Shown here piece after piece: positions 1 through 9,798 of a stretch of 64,000 bases of DNA. The DNA comes from a virus. Lineage: Duplodnaviria > Caudoviricetes. The DNA lies in IMG/VR virus record IMGVR_UViG_3300020578_000065, positions 986-64,985 of that record. One strand, given 5' to 3'. How positions within the stretch are numbered: the stretch's first letter is position 1; every line of letters begins with the position of its first letter. The notes under the pieces were generated by a model that was not told the origin of the DNA, searched no databases, and worked only from the letters and a program-made list of their open reading frames with translations. The position numbers and the translations under genes were made by a program.

Positions 1-447
1 ACCTCCCCTAGCAGGCATTACTCCCTGCTGTCCCTGATAGCCCTCTATAGCATGTTTATATAGTGTTTCTTTGCCTTGCGCTATTCTGACTGCCCAAGCA
101 GCTTTGTCATCCGATCTAGGAGCACCCGCAAGACCGTTAAGATGACAAGCAGCGCATACTTGTTCATATACACCTATACCATCTGATGGTATTTCTAAAG
201 CGACTATTACTGCGCCCTCTGCTGCTACTATTGCTAGTGATGAGTTATCCTGACCTGAAACTGCTACACGGGCTATAGCAAGATTGCTTTCGACCTGTTT
301 GATATACTCTTGGTCACTAAATTTGTAGGTTGATTGTGTATTTTTTCCTACTTGCCACGCTACCGCAAACAATAAAATGACAACTACAAAAAGTATGCTT
401 ATTACATAACTAAAAGTATTGAAAAATTTTACGTCTTGACTTTCCAC
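1..447 (-). CDS. Membrane-anchored cytochrome c5 family protein (3' end truncated by window edge; not in ORF track)
   Basis: Manual translation from GTG at 447 (AAGGA upstream): MESQDVKFFNTFSYVISILFVVVILLFAVAW...GIGVYEQVCAACHLNGLAGAPRSDDKAAWAVRIAQGKETLYKHAIEGYQGQQGVMPARGG. It has an N-terminal TM helix, CxxCH at 142-156 and the c5-type GxAGAP...W..R..QG...L..HAI.G...MPARGG signature. Confidence 0.92.
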   Translation of the reverse strand, partial: MESQDVKFFNTFSYVISILFVVVILLFAVAWQVGKNTQSTYKFSDQEYIKQVESNLAIARVAVSGQDNSSLAIVAAEGAVIVALEIPSDGIGVYEQVCAACHLNGLAGAPRSDDKAAWAVRIAQGKETLYKHAIEGYQGQQGVMPARGG

Positions 448-465
448 GATAATAATCCTTTGTTA

Positions 466-1386
466 TTATCGTGCGTCATTGCCGTCTTTATCTTTAAATG
501 TAAATCCTTGTTGTTTTTTGCCATCAACATATAAAGGTCCTATATTATCATTTAAATATTGTTGATTTTCCATACAAAACACGTAACTACCGCTGTGACG
601 CAATAATACACGCCTATCGACCCAAACACGACCGCCTAAATCACGCCAGTTTTCACAGAACGTCCAGTCCTCACTATAGTATCGATTCTGACGCACTGCG
701 GTATCAAAGTATGTTTTAAGGTGTACATCGTATTTAGGATCAAGACCAATATCGTTTTTATATTGTTTAACTGCTGGATGAGTCTTTAATTTTTCAAATA
801 CATGCTTTTTCATTAATAAGAAACCTGTGCCAGCTTTGCTAACTTCTTGTAAACCGTCTGGGCCTTCTTCTGCGCCTTCAAATCCATTAACTACCCACTT
901 AATAGGCATAGTCTTCATTGGGTACAATCCACCAATCACATCTACATTTCTATTCAATAGAACTAGCAAATGCCATGGTTCCCAACCAATATCAGCGTCA
1001 ACAAAGAATAAGTGAGTACTGTCTGGCATATCTAAAAACTTTGCTGTTAGCGTATTACGCGCACGACTAATTAAACTTTCATTAACCATTGTTTCTAGTG
1101 TCCAGTCTATACCCAACTGACGGGCAGTGTTTGCCCATTTGATGAAACTCATAAATGTAGACTCAGTAAGCATACCACCGTAACATGGCATTGCTATATG
1201 AACTCTGGTAGTCTTAAGAAAGTCTACATTTACTTGAACTTGATTTTGTCCTGGAGCAGGGGGCGCATTTTCTGCGGGGCCAGTTGCGCCTGTTGGGCCT
1301 GTTGGGCCTGTTGCTGCTTGATTTTCTACAATCTCCTGTAACTGTTCTACTGGTACAGTGTTTTCTTCCTTTTTATTTTTTGCCAT
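466..1386 (-). CDS. GT-A fold (GT2-like) glycosyltransferase with a short N-terminal collagen-like/low-complexity segment
   Basis: Motifs HIAMPCYGG, SLISRARN, HLFFVDAD (DxD), GTGFLLMK and SEDWTFC; N-terminal GPTGPTGATGP. Confidence 0.75.
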   Translation of the reverse strand: MAKNKKEENTVPVEQLQEIVENQAATGPTGPTGATGPAENAPPAPGQNQVQVNVDFLKTTRVHIAMPCYGGMLTESTFMSFIKWANTARQLGIDWTLETMVNESLISRARNTLTAKFLDMPDSTHLFFVDADIGWEPWHLLVLLNRNVDVIGGLYPMKTMPIKWVVNGFEGAEEGPDGLQEVSKAGTGFLLMKKHVFEKLKTHPAVKQYKNDIGLDPKYDVHLKTYFDTAVRQNRYYSEDWTFCENWRDLGGRVWVDRRVLLRHSGSYVFCMENQQYLNDNIGPLYVDGKKQQGFTFKDKDGNDAR

Positions 1387-1409
1387 GTTATCCTCTCAAA
1401 ATGTATGAA

Positions 1410-1416
1410 TATTTAC
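1410..1416 (-). promoter_or_regulatory. T4-like late promoter (GTAAATA)
   Basis: TAAATA core in the intergenic gap upstream of the glycosyltransferase and cytochrome c5 genes; the same core recurs upstream of many genes and gp55 is encoded in the window. Confidence 0.55.
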
Positions 1417-1436
1417 AGTCTGAGAAGCTTGTGAAA

Positions 1437-4094
1437 TTATTTTTCTGGTAGATAATCTATTGTTTCAGATACAGACTTTTTAGACTTTTTAGGCTTTTTA
1501 TTACGCTTTTTCATATTGATAGCGATTGCTGCTTGCTGTGCTAGATTTGCTGCTTCTAGCATTTTTAATAGTTTTTGCTTTTGCTCAAGTGTAGCATTTG
1601 GTAACAGTGGTTGCATTTTTCGATAAAACTCTTTGAGTTTTTTGCCTTTAGGTTTTGGCATATTGAATTTAACAAGATTGTCTTTTGCTATCTTCATCAT
1701 GTCTAATACTTCTTTATCACTCAATGATAGGCTCATTGAGTCACGCCATATTTTAAACTTTTCTTCCTCGCTCATATTAGGGTCTAGTAATGCGTTACGC
1801 ATAGGTGTTGCTCTTGGCCCTTCGTGATAATCTTTACTACTTGGGTCGCTGCCAGGAGCCTTAGTATCTTGTCTACTCATTACAGTCAAGTTATCTAAGC
1901 CAAATGACTTATATGGTTCTACGCCCGTACTTTTTGCTGGCTTTAACAAATAACCAAATGCTTCTTTTTGATCTGCGCCTACAACTAATGCTACATCTTT
2001 GTAACCCTTACTACCTAAATCAGTCAATACATCGTTGAGTGTAGGTTTATCTTCTGAGGGTAAATTAAATATGTTTTTGTACTTAGGAAACTTCTTTTGA
2101 TACATCTGTAGTTTCATTTCAGGTGGAATAGGATCGTCTTTACCAAAACTGCGTGAAACGATAAAGAATGGTTGTGCGTCTGTACTTTGTGCTTGATGTA
2201 TAACTGCGTTTGCTAATGCGTCATGACCTGTATGACCCATACCACGCCCCCAACCTAACACAGCCTTTTTACCTTGCTGTTCTTTTAGTACGCTTTCTTT
2301 TGGGCTCCATGTTGGTTGATCAATGACCTTAATAAACTGTCCTGGTATATCATAGTTAAACTTGCGTCCTGGATGTGCCTGTGCATAACCTTCTGGTTTT
2401 GTTTGGCGTATGCCACCATGACTCATTTGATTTAGTTGATTGATGAAGTTTGTTTTTTCTCTACTTAATACTTCTATAGCGCCTAGTGTTGCTAGCATTC
2501 CTTCTTTGTCTGCTAACATTGTTTTTGCTTTATTAGCACTTAGATTTGTCTCAGCCCATTGTGGGAAATCACGCATCAATCCATCTCTACGCAAATGGTC
2601 ATTTAAGTAAGAATATAGTTCTGCTGCTGGTTTGCCTAAGCCAGGCTTTGGTTTAAGATAGTTGTCAATTTTTTGTGCGTGTGACTTAATAAATTTTTCA
2701 GCGTTATCAAGCATCTTTGTATCAACTTTCACAGGTTCTTGTACAAATGTAGTACCCTGTACTAATACATCAGATGTGCTTAAATTCTGTGCATCAGGGA
2801 AACGTTGCTCGTCACTTGAGCCTAATGCAGGATAATAACCTGTAGCAGCAACTCCTACTTTCGCTCTAGCAATCTTTTTACCTAAATCACTATCTGCTGG
2901 TACATGAAATTCTGTAATGTTTGGTTGAAAGTCATATGTGTTTGTTTCTTTATTGAGTACAGGCATAGCACTTTGACCATCTGGCTTAGTACCTGGATAG
3001 AATAATAATCCACCTTCAATAAATCCTTGTTTAGGACTAATCTTTTCAAAATATGGCCACAACATAGCAAACTGTTTAGCAAATTTAGCACGTTCTTTAG
3101 GATCACCTCTCCCTGTGCCTAATATAAACTTAGCAACATCTTGTGGTGATTTAGTTAATGTAGGTGCCCCACTAGTTGTTTGTGTTGAACCACGCTTTAG
3201 ATATGCCCATGCATTCTTGGGAATCATCATGAAGTTACCACTTTCATCACGACCCCAATACACTACAGGCATCCCGTCCCACTTTAATTCAAGGCTACCA
3301 CCTGTTGTTGCCATGTCACGCAATCTTTCTATTGCGTGTAGTCCACCATAACTACCATGACTCAATATTAAATCTTCAATATGTTGATACTTACGACCTA
3401 CATCGGTTGCTTCTGAGATTTGGTCTGAAAAATATTTGTCTTTAATTGCTTGATATTTCTCAGGATATTTTTGTAGCGCCTTCATCAACTTTGTAGGATT
3501 GCCCATATCGTCTGCTGATGCTGTTGGTCCTATAATGATTTTGGCAATCTTATCTTTGTCATTAGTCACTAATTCTTTTGTTTCACGATCTACTAAACCC
3601 TTATATGGGCTCATCATTAAACTACTATGACCTTTAATACTACTCATGTTAGCAAGATCAGCCCACATACCATGTAGTGTGCCGCCCTTCATTGTTGGGT
3701 CGGTATAATCGTGTGTATGTAATGGCACCGCTGCTTTAGCATTTTCTACAGCCATTAAATCTACTTGAACAATATCATCACCAGCGCCTGTAGGTATACC
3801 AACGTGTATGCTAACTCCTGTTCGTGCTGCTGGTAATCCTTTATCTTTAAAATAATCTTCTAATGCTTTGCGACTGAGTTTTAATTCTTTAGCAGGAAAT
3901 GCTTTCATTAATTCGCCTGCATCAATCAATGCGTCAATGTCACTACTAATTTCTTTTTTGCCTGCACTACCAATTGGATATAAGTTTATACCTTTTGGTA
4001 AAATCTTTTGTAGGTTTTTTACAGCGGTAAGAAAGTTAGCCTTGTTAATAGGTTTGGCATTTGGAATAACATTGCCGCCCTCTTGTAAAATCAT
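1437..4094 (-). CDS. Multidomain protein: Pol-beta-type nucleotidyltransferase + ligase-like KxDG domain (DUF6267-like) + HIGH-type cytidylyltransferase-like domain
   Basis: GSAGKKEISSDID (Pol-beta G[GS]...DxD); HIEDL...LKWDG (3273-3284), PEGY, IKVID; GRGMGHTGH (2223-2234), VALVVGADQ, RATPMR. Confidence 0.7.
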   Translation of the reverse strand: MILQEGGNVIPNAKPINKANFLTAVKNLQKILPKGINLYPIGSAGKKEISSDIDALIDAGELMKAFPAKELKLSRKALEDYFKDKGLPAARTGVSIHVGIPTGAGDDIVQVDLMAVENAKAAVPLHTHDYTDPTMKGGTLHGMWADLANMSSIKGHSSLMMSPYKGLVDRETKELVTNDKDKIAKIIIGPTASADDMGNPTKLMKALQKYPEKYQAIKDKYFSDQISEATDVGRKYQHIEDLILSHGSYGGLHAIERLRDMATTGGSLELKWDGMPVVYWGRDESGNFMMIPKNAWAYLKRGSTQTTSGAPTLTKSPQDVAKFILGTGRGDPKERAKFAKQFAMLWPYFEKISPKQGFIEGGLLFYPGTKPDGQSAMPVLNKETNTYDFQPNITEFHVPADSDLGKKIARAKVGVAATGYYPALGSSDEQRFPDAQNLSTSDVLVQGTTFVQEPVKVDTKMLDNAEKFIKSHAQKIDNYLKPKPGLGKPAAELYSYLNDHLRRDGLMRDFPQWAETNLSANKAKTMLADKEGMLATLGAIEVLSREKTNFINQLNQMSHGGIRQTKPEGYAQAHPGRKFNYDIPGQFIKVIDQPTWSPKESVLKEQQGKKAVLGWGRGMGHTGHDALANAVIHQAQSTDAQPFFIVSRSFGKDDPIPPEMKLQMYQKKFPKYKNIFNLPSEDKPTLNDVLTDLGSKGYKDVALVVGADQKEAFGYLLKPAKSTGVEPYKSFGLDNLTVMSRQDTKAPGSDPSSKDYHEGPRATPMRNALLDPNMSEEEKFKIWRDSMSLSLSDKEVLDMMKIAKDNLVKFNMPKPKGKKLKEFYRKMQPLLPNATLEQKQKLLKMLEAANLAQQAAIAINMKKRNKKPKKSKKSVSETIDYLPEK

Positions 4095-4095
4095 A

Positions 4096-4452
4096 TTAGT
4101 AACTCAACTTAACAAAGTTTACAATACCATATTGAAAATCTTCAATCTTAGCACGTAGATATACAAAGTTACCTTCAATATTAGTATATGTGCTTATATT
4201 TGCATTTGCATTGTTACTTGATTTGTATACCTGAAAATAATCAGTTGTCGAACTGTTTGCACTAAGTGTTGCTTCAATTATAATATTACCAGTAAAATCT
4301 GTAGTTTTAAAATTAATAGTTTGTAAATCTTCATTACCTAAATAATATCCGGCTGCTGGTTGAGCATTACTTGTAAGAGTATAAACATTAGCAGTACCAC
4401 CACCGTCATATGTGGTTTGTGGAAATAGTATCAGTATAGTTTGTTGGCTCAC
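4096..4452 (-). CDS. Hypothetical beta-rich (probable virion) protein
   Basis: 118-aa ORF with GTG start overlapping the upstream stop (GTGA); FTGNIIIEATL and GNFVYLRA motifs. Confidence 0.7.
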   Translation of the reverse strand: MSQQTILILFPQTTYDGGGTANVYTLTSNAQPAAGYYLGNEDLQTINFKTTDFTGNIIIEATLSANSSTTDYFQVYKSSNNANANISTYTNIEGNFVYLRAKIEDFQYGIVNFVKLSY

Positions 4453-4616
4453 GCTTTTAATACCTCTACGACTATACCCTCGCCTACAAGTTCTTGGGCT
4501 ACCTGTTCTAGTGCTTGCTCTACGTCTTGCCCTGTAATATTTTCCTGTGCTTTATCTGTGTCCTTTACAATCTTGCTGAATTTTATTAAAAGAACCTCTT
4601 CCACTATTTTAGCCAT
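4449..4616 (-). CDS. Small hypothetical protein, 55 aa (not in ORF track)
   Basis: MAKIVEEVLLIKFSKIVKDTDKAQENITGQDVEQALEQVAQELVGEGIVVEVLKA*; GGAG RBS, GATAAATA at 4638-4645 upstream, stop overlaps the next start. Confidence 0.75.
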   Translation of the reverse strand: MAKIVEEVLLIKFSKIVKDTDKAQENITGQDVEQALEQVAQELVGEGIVVEVLKA

Positions 4617-4650
4617 AAAAACTCCAATTTCTCAGAGTATTTATCTACTT

Positions 4651-5340
4651 TTACTGCTCTTTTGCTAGAGTATAGGTTTTACCCAACATATCTGAAAACC
4701 ACATGCTTAAAACGTATAGCATTTTCTCATCGTTATATTCTACAAAAAACGACCCGTGCATGTATCTATAGGCATGCCAATTATTAGTAGTAAAAAGATG
4801 ATTTGCTAAACCCCTACTAAAATGTAAAGTTTTATACATATCTACTAGTGCCCTAACATTATCACTAAAGTCTTTTGGCATGCGTCTAGCCTTAAAATAT
4901 GTTCTAAATTTATATTTAGGCTGACGCCTAAAATATAAGGTCTTTGGATCATGGCATATTGCTTCATACAATTTTAGTTGCGGGTCCAAATTATCTAAGG
5001 TTTTAAGTAATTGCAGTTCATTACTAAAGAAACTTACGCAGTCTTGCTGAATTCTTATTACACAGCGTTCTTTTCCAATAAGGGTACGCCACGTTATAAA
5101 TGCAGCGATTTGGTCTATATTAACTTCGTCCCAATATTCTTGCCAATCGTCATCTATCACTCTTATGCCGTACTTAGTACGATTCGTTTCACGCAACTTT
5201 TCCATGCGCCCAATAAATGTAGATATATCGGGCGTATAATAGGTGTAGGACGCCCCTTTGATTTTGCAAACTGCCTTGTACGAAAATTTATTAAAGTATA
5301 GTTTGTTTCTTTTTTCAATTTTCAATTTTGATAATTCCAT
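4651..5340 (-). CDS. Hypothetical protein
   Basis: ORF track gives 4651-5358; ATG at 5340 (MELSKLK) is the likelier start and overlaps the clpA end. Confidence 0.7.
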   Translation of the reverse strand: MELSKLKIEKRNKLYFNKFSYKAVCKIKGASYTYYTPDISTFIGRMEKLRETNRTKYGIRVIDDDWQEYWDEVNIDQIAAFITWRTLIGKERCVIRIQQDCVSFFSNELQLLKTLDNLDPQLKLYEAICHDPKTLYFRRQPKYKFRTYFKARRMPKDFSDNVRALVDMYKTLHFSRGLANHLFTTNNWHAYRYMHGSFFVEYNDEKMLYVLSMWFSDMLGKTYTLAKEQ

Positions 5341-7585
5341 CTTCACCAATACTAGCACTAGTTTTTTGTGTCACATTAAATGTAATATTATCATCATTAT
5401 CTAATATAGCCATAATATTTGCATTATTAATGCGTTCAAAAAGAATTTTCTTACTTAATGGTACTCGAATTAATTCATCAATTTTACGTGCTAGAGGACG
5501 TGCGCCCATCTTAGTATCGTATCCCTTTTCGGCAAGATATTCCACAACTGGTTCACTTAAGTTAAGTGTAATATTGTGTTTCTCAACTAATGCTTTCTTA
5601 ACATCTTCAGTAAATTTAACAACAATCTTCTTAATGCTAAGTAGATCCAACTTTTTAAACTTACATACTTTATCAAGACGATTTCTAAACTCTGGTTTAA
5701 AGAAGTCCTTAAATGCTTTATCATCCTCTCCAGTCTTTTGCAGATCACCGAATCCAATATTGTTACGCTCACTATCAGCACTGCCAAGATTAGTTGTTAA
5801 AATAATTACACAGTTTTTACAACTTACTTCCTTGCCATTACTACCAGTAATACGACCTTCGTCAAGAATTTGCAAGAAGATATTAAAAATATCTGGATGT
5901 GCCTTCTCGACTTCATCAAAAAGCATAATAGCATGTGGGTTTTTACTTAGATCACTAATGAGTCGCCCACCCTGTACTTGACTATCACTAAAGCCAACAT
6001 AACCAGGGGGAGGGCCAATCAAAGCACTCACAGTATACTTTTCGCTATATTCGCTCATGTCATATTTCAATAATGGCATGTCAAGGTTCTTGCTTAATAA
6101 TTTTGCTAATTCAGTTTTACCTGTGCCAGTTGGACCCATAAACAAGAAACTTGCTATTGGCTTAGTTTCATTATTAATACCTGCAAATGAAACGTATATA
6201 CGTTCCAATACATTGTTTACTGCTTCATCCTGTCCATATAATTTGTCTTTAATATTTGTATCTAAACTATTAATGCGTTCAAAGTTATCGTTATTAAGTT
6301 TGTCAGCAGGAACTCCTGTATATTTTTCAATCTCATCGAAAATCATACTTTTAGTAATTTCAATATTCTTGTTACCTTTTACCTTTTGTTTTGCACAGGC
6401 TGCATCAAGTAAATCAATACTCTTATCAGGGTTTTTACGATCAGGAATATATCTTGTAGCCCCATCGACTGCTGTATCAATCGCTTCTTGGCTTATAGAC
6501 ACTTCATGGAAGTCACCCAAACGCTGACTTAAGCCATTAAGTATACGAATAGTACTTTCTTTACTTGGCTCGTCTACAGTAATTTTAAAGAATCTACGCA
6601 TTAAAGCACGATCTTTTTCAAAACTTTCATAGAAATCTTCCCAAGTTGTTGAAGCAATGACCTTAAGTTTGCCCTTTGTTATGGCAGGCTTAATCATGTT
6701 GCTAAAGTCAACACTTCCGTTTGAACTGCCACCAGCACTTTTCATGGTATGTGCTTCATCAATGAACAAGATAGCTTTCTTTTTGGTTGATAACGCATCG
6801 ATTACATTCTTTACCTTTTCTTCAAAGTCGCCGCGATATCTTGATCCTGCAAGTAGTCCTGCTACTTCAAGACTATACAAATCATAACCCTGTAAGAATT
6901 CAGGTACTTCATCTAATACAATAGCCCGTGCAATACCCTCAGCAATAGCAGTTTTGCCAACTCCAGGATCGCCGACCATCAACACATTACTTTTAAAACG
7001 TTTTGCTAATACATGGATAATATTTTCTATTTCTTTGTGACGCCCAATAACAGGTTCAATTTTATCTTCTTTTGCAAGATTAGTAAGATTTGTAGTATAT
7101 TCACTTAGTACTTCGTCTGCTTGACTTTCTGTTAATTGTGTTGAATATTCTCCGCCCTTATATGTTTTTTGCCAGTGTAGTAAAAATTCCTGTCTATTGA
7201 TACCATACTTTAATAAAAAGTAATGCGCATGACTATTGTTTTCAGCAGCAATACTTAAATATAAGTCAAGTGTAGTAACCATGCGACGACCAGTGAACAA
7301 TACTTGTGTAACACTACGATTCATCACACGTTCTAGACTATTGGTTTTACGTGGCTTACAATCTGGATCTCTACTTTTAATTGCGTGAAATCCTGAAATA
7401 TAATTTTGCAGTTCACCAATAAACATATCCGTTTCGCAACCAAATCCACTCAAGCATTTCTTAAATGGCTTGTGTGTAACAAGTGCTAATAGAAGATGTT
7501 CCACTGTAACATATTCGTGATTAAAACTTTTTGCAATGGTAACTGCTTGTTCAATAATATTTTCAATTTCGGGTGAATTTTGCAT
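5315..7585 (-). CDS. clpA: ClpA-type AAA+ chaperone/unfoldase
   Basis: Clp N-domain (HEYVTVEHLLLAL), two Walker A motifs (GDPGVGKT, GPTGTGKT), Walker B motifs (LFIDEAH, LFDEVEKAH), GARPL, IGF loop, no long ClpB M-domain. Confidence 0.93.
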   Translation of the reverse strand: MQNSPEIENIIEQAVTIAKSFNHEYVTVEHLLLALVTHKPFKKCLSGFGCETDMFIGELQNYISGFHAIKSRDPDCKPRKTNSLERVMNRSVTQVLFTGRRMVTTLDLYLSIAAENNSHAHYFLLKYGINRQEFLLHWQKTYKGGEYSTQLTESQADEVLSEYTTNLTNLAKEDKIEPVIGRHKEIENIIHVLAKRFKSNVLMVGDPGVGKTAIAEGIARAIVLDEVPEFLQGYDLYSLEVAGLLAGSRYRGDFEEKVKNVIDALSTKKKAILFIDEAHTMKSAGGSSNGSVDFSNMIKPAITKGKLKVIASTTWEDFYESFEKDRALMRRFFKITVDEPSKESTIRILNGLSQRLGDFHEVSISQEAIDTAVDGATRYIPDRKNPDKSIDLLDAACAKQKVKGNKNIEITKSMIFDEIEKYTGVPADKLNNDNFERINSLDTNIKDKLYGQDEAVNNVLERIYVSFAGINNETKPIASFLFMGPTGTGKTELAKLLSKNLDMPLLKYDMSEYSEKYTVSALIGPPPGYVGFSDSQVQGGRLISDLSKNPHAIMLFDEVEKAHPDIFNIFLQILDEGRITGSNGKEVSCKNCVIILTTNLGSADSERNNIGFGDLQKTGEDDKAFKDFFKPEFRNRLDKVCKFKKLDLLSIKKIVVKFTEDVKKALVEKHNITLNLSEPVVEYLAEKGYDTKMGARPLARKIDELIRVPLSKKILFERINNANIMAILDNDDNITFNVTQKTSASIGEDGIIKIEN

Positions 7586-7593
7586 ATATGTAT

Positions 7594-8394
7594 TTAATTT
7601 CCTTTATTACGTAATATACTATCAACAATATCTTGACTAATGTTATCAGGTATATATGGCTTTAGCAATATTAGTTGGTCACCATATTGCATAGTATTTG
7701 GTATTGGCATACCTTGATTAGTTAACTTAAGTTGCATAAACGGTTGAGTTTTTGCAGGTACATTTACATTTAATACTCTACCTGATATAGTCATAAAATC
7801 AAATTTGGTTCCCACAATCAAATCTAATACACTAATACTATGATTGCTATACAAATTATCTCCTTCACGGTCATACGACAGATGGGGCATAACAACGAAT
7901 TCAACAAGTAATGTTGCATTAGTAAATATATTATCTAGTCTAACTTGTTGTCCACTTTGTATGCCTTTAGGAATTTCTACATTTACAATTTTTTGTCCCT
8001 GAGCAGTATTTAATTTTAACGTTTGGCTACTGCCGTTATATGCATCTAGCAATGAAATTTTAATCTGTGTTCGCATTAACTGTCTTTGGTTTCTTCGTTG
8101 ACCAAATGCATTATTATTAAAGATTTGTCCGAATATGTCATTCATATCCATACCTGGACCCATGTTAAATTGAAATCCTCCAGGGCCCATATGAAATCCT
8201 TGTGGCTGAGGATTATCATATTGTTGACGTTTTTCACTATCGCTTAATGTATCGTAGGCTGTTTGAATTTCTTGGAACTTTGTAGTATTGCCGCCCTTGT
8301 CAGGATGATGCTGACTAGCGAGTTTACGATAGGCTTTTTTGATTTCATCAGGCGTAGCAGTTTTGCTTACGCCCAAAACAGCATAATGATCCAT
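7594..8394 (-). CDS. dnaJ: DnaJ-family co-chaperone (class B, CbpA-like)
   Basis: J-domain with HPD (HHPDKGG), G/F-rich linker, C-terminal domain, no Zn finger; ATG at 8394 preferred over TTG at 8400. Confidence 0.92.
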   Translation of the reverse strand: MDHYAVLGVSKTATPDEIKKAYRKLASQHHPDKGGNTTKFQEIQTAYDTLSDSEKRQQYDNPQPQGFHMGPGGFQFNMGPGMDMNDIFGQIFNNNAFGQRRNQRQLMRTQIKISLLDAYNGSSQTLKLNTAQGQKIVNVEIPKGIQSGQQVRLDNIFTNATLLVEFVVMPHLSYDREGDNLYSNHSISVLDLIVGTKFDFMTISGRVLNVNVPAKTQPFMQLKLTNQGMPIPNTMQYGDQLILLKPYIPDNISQDIVDSILRNKGN

Positions 8395-8412
8395 GCTCAA
8401 ATTTTAACAGTT

Positions 8413-8646
8413 TTAACTCTTCTTAGCAAATTTTTCGGCGCCGGTAATACCCAAACCGCCAATTACTATCCACATCATTGCATTAAACAATTCTGGAGTA
8501 ACTTTATAGACTGAGAATTGATCTATAAAATAACTAACCAATATTGCCAAAAAGGCTAAAAAACTAATTACTCTTTTAGAGGACAGCATTGAAGCATCAC
8601 TGCTGTCTGCTAACATTCCTTTGAGATTTTGTAAAATTTTATCCAT
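8413..8646 (-). CDS. Small two-TM membrane protein (holin-like)
   Basis: SSKRV followed by two hydrophobic helices and a basic C-terminus. Confidence 0.5.
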   Translation of the reverse strand: MDKILQNLKGMLADSSDASMLSSKRVISFLAFLAILVSYFIDQFSVYKVTPELFNAMMWIVIGGLGITGAEKFAKKS

Positions 8647-8647
8647 A

Positions 8648-9208
8648 TTATAATCCTGCTGCTGATTTCATGTTATCTAGTTCTGCGTCTGGTACTGAAG
8701 GTTCCGCTTCAACATCAGGGCGTTCTAAATTAGCAATATCACGCATTTGGTTAAGTTCATCTTCTTTATCTTCTTTGCGCTTTGCTCTAGCATACTCTCT
8801 AGGGCTTAATTCAATAACTTGTTTTAATATTTCTTTATCTGCTTGATATGTATTATCATTTACTTTTATTTTGTAATCTTCTAAATCTAATGCAGTTAAA
8901 GTTTTTAGGTCACTTAATAACTCTACAATTCTTTCTGGCACACTAAGTCGGCGTTGTAATTCTACGAATACTAACCACTTTCCATTATCGAGTTCACCGT
9001 CACTAACTGCTGCGTCCTTTACAAAATCATAGCCTGTTTCGAACCAACTTACTAAATCTTCTCCGCATTTTTCAGATCCTACAATAAATGTAAGTGTTAC
9101 TAAATCTTTATCTTTGCCCATTTTAGCAGAGTATTCGTCCACAGTTACAACTGGTTCTACCTCATTTTTCATGTCATGGTAGTCTAGTGCTTCATTTAAA
9201 TGTCTCAT
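8648..9208 (-). CDS. Hypothetical phage protein
   Basis: 186-aa ORF translationally coupled to its neighbours. Confidence 0.75.
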   Translation of the reverse strand: MRHLNEALDYHDMKNEVEPVVTVDEYSAKMGKDKDLVTLTFIVGSEKCGEDLVSWFETGYDFVKDAAVSDGELDNGKWLVFVELQRRLSVPERIVELLSDLKTLTALDLEDYKIKVNDNTYQADKEILKQVIELSPREYARAKRKEDKEDELNQMRDIANLERPDVEAEPSVPDAELDNMKSAAGL

Positions 9209-9798
9209 AACGGTACTGCGCCCTGTAACGCTGATACATCAATAGCAGCGTTAACATCAGTGGCTTCGTCTGCTTTTGTAGTTTTGTCCATATCTTGTTT
9301 ATAACTATCTTGTAATTCTTGTAAGTCAATCTTTTGATCAGCAAGTTCCATACTACCTTGTTTAATGTTGTCAAGTAGTGACATCGGTAATCTAACTTTA
9401 ACTAGCCAAACTTTAGTTTTAATCATTTTTGGATAGTTAGTACCAGGAACGAAATCATCGTAATTTTTTACTTGTATTGGAATATCTGTTTTCTTGCAGG
9501 TAAAATAACATTTACCCCCAATTGATAAAATACGTTTTGCCCCGCGAGGATCTGGCATTAAATTATAGGGCCACATAAATGTGCAAGTAATACTATAACG
9601 ATCAATTTCTGGACCGTCTACAATCTCGCCTAATATCCAATTTTTATATGCGTACAAATCTATGCTATCTAGTACACGTTCAAAGTCTAGCAAAACAGAC
9701 ATAGATCCGTCGCTAGTTAATATTCCTTTAAGGTTAGTAACTATGCTAACAAAGTCTACATCATTAAAGAATTCGTTTGCTGGTAAATTTTCAGACAT
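9205..9798 (-). CDS. Hypothetical phage protein
   Basis: 197-aa ORF (WILGEIVDGP...MPDPRGA...VWLV); GATAAATA lies 4 nt upstream of the ATG. Confidence 0.75.
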   Translation of the reverse strand: MSENLPANEFFNDVDFVSIVTNLKGILTSDGSMSVLLDFERVLDSIDLYAYKNWILGEIVDGPEIDRYSITCTFMWPYNLMPDPRGAKRILSIGGKCYFTCKKTDIPIQVKNYDDFVPGTNYPKMIKTKVWLVKVRLPMSLLDNIKQGSMELADQKIDLQELQDSYKQDMDKTTKADEATDVNAAIDVSALQGAVPL

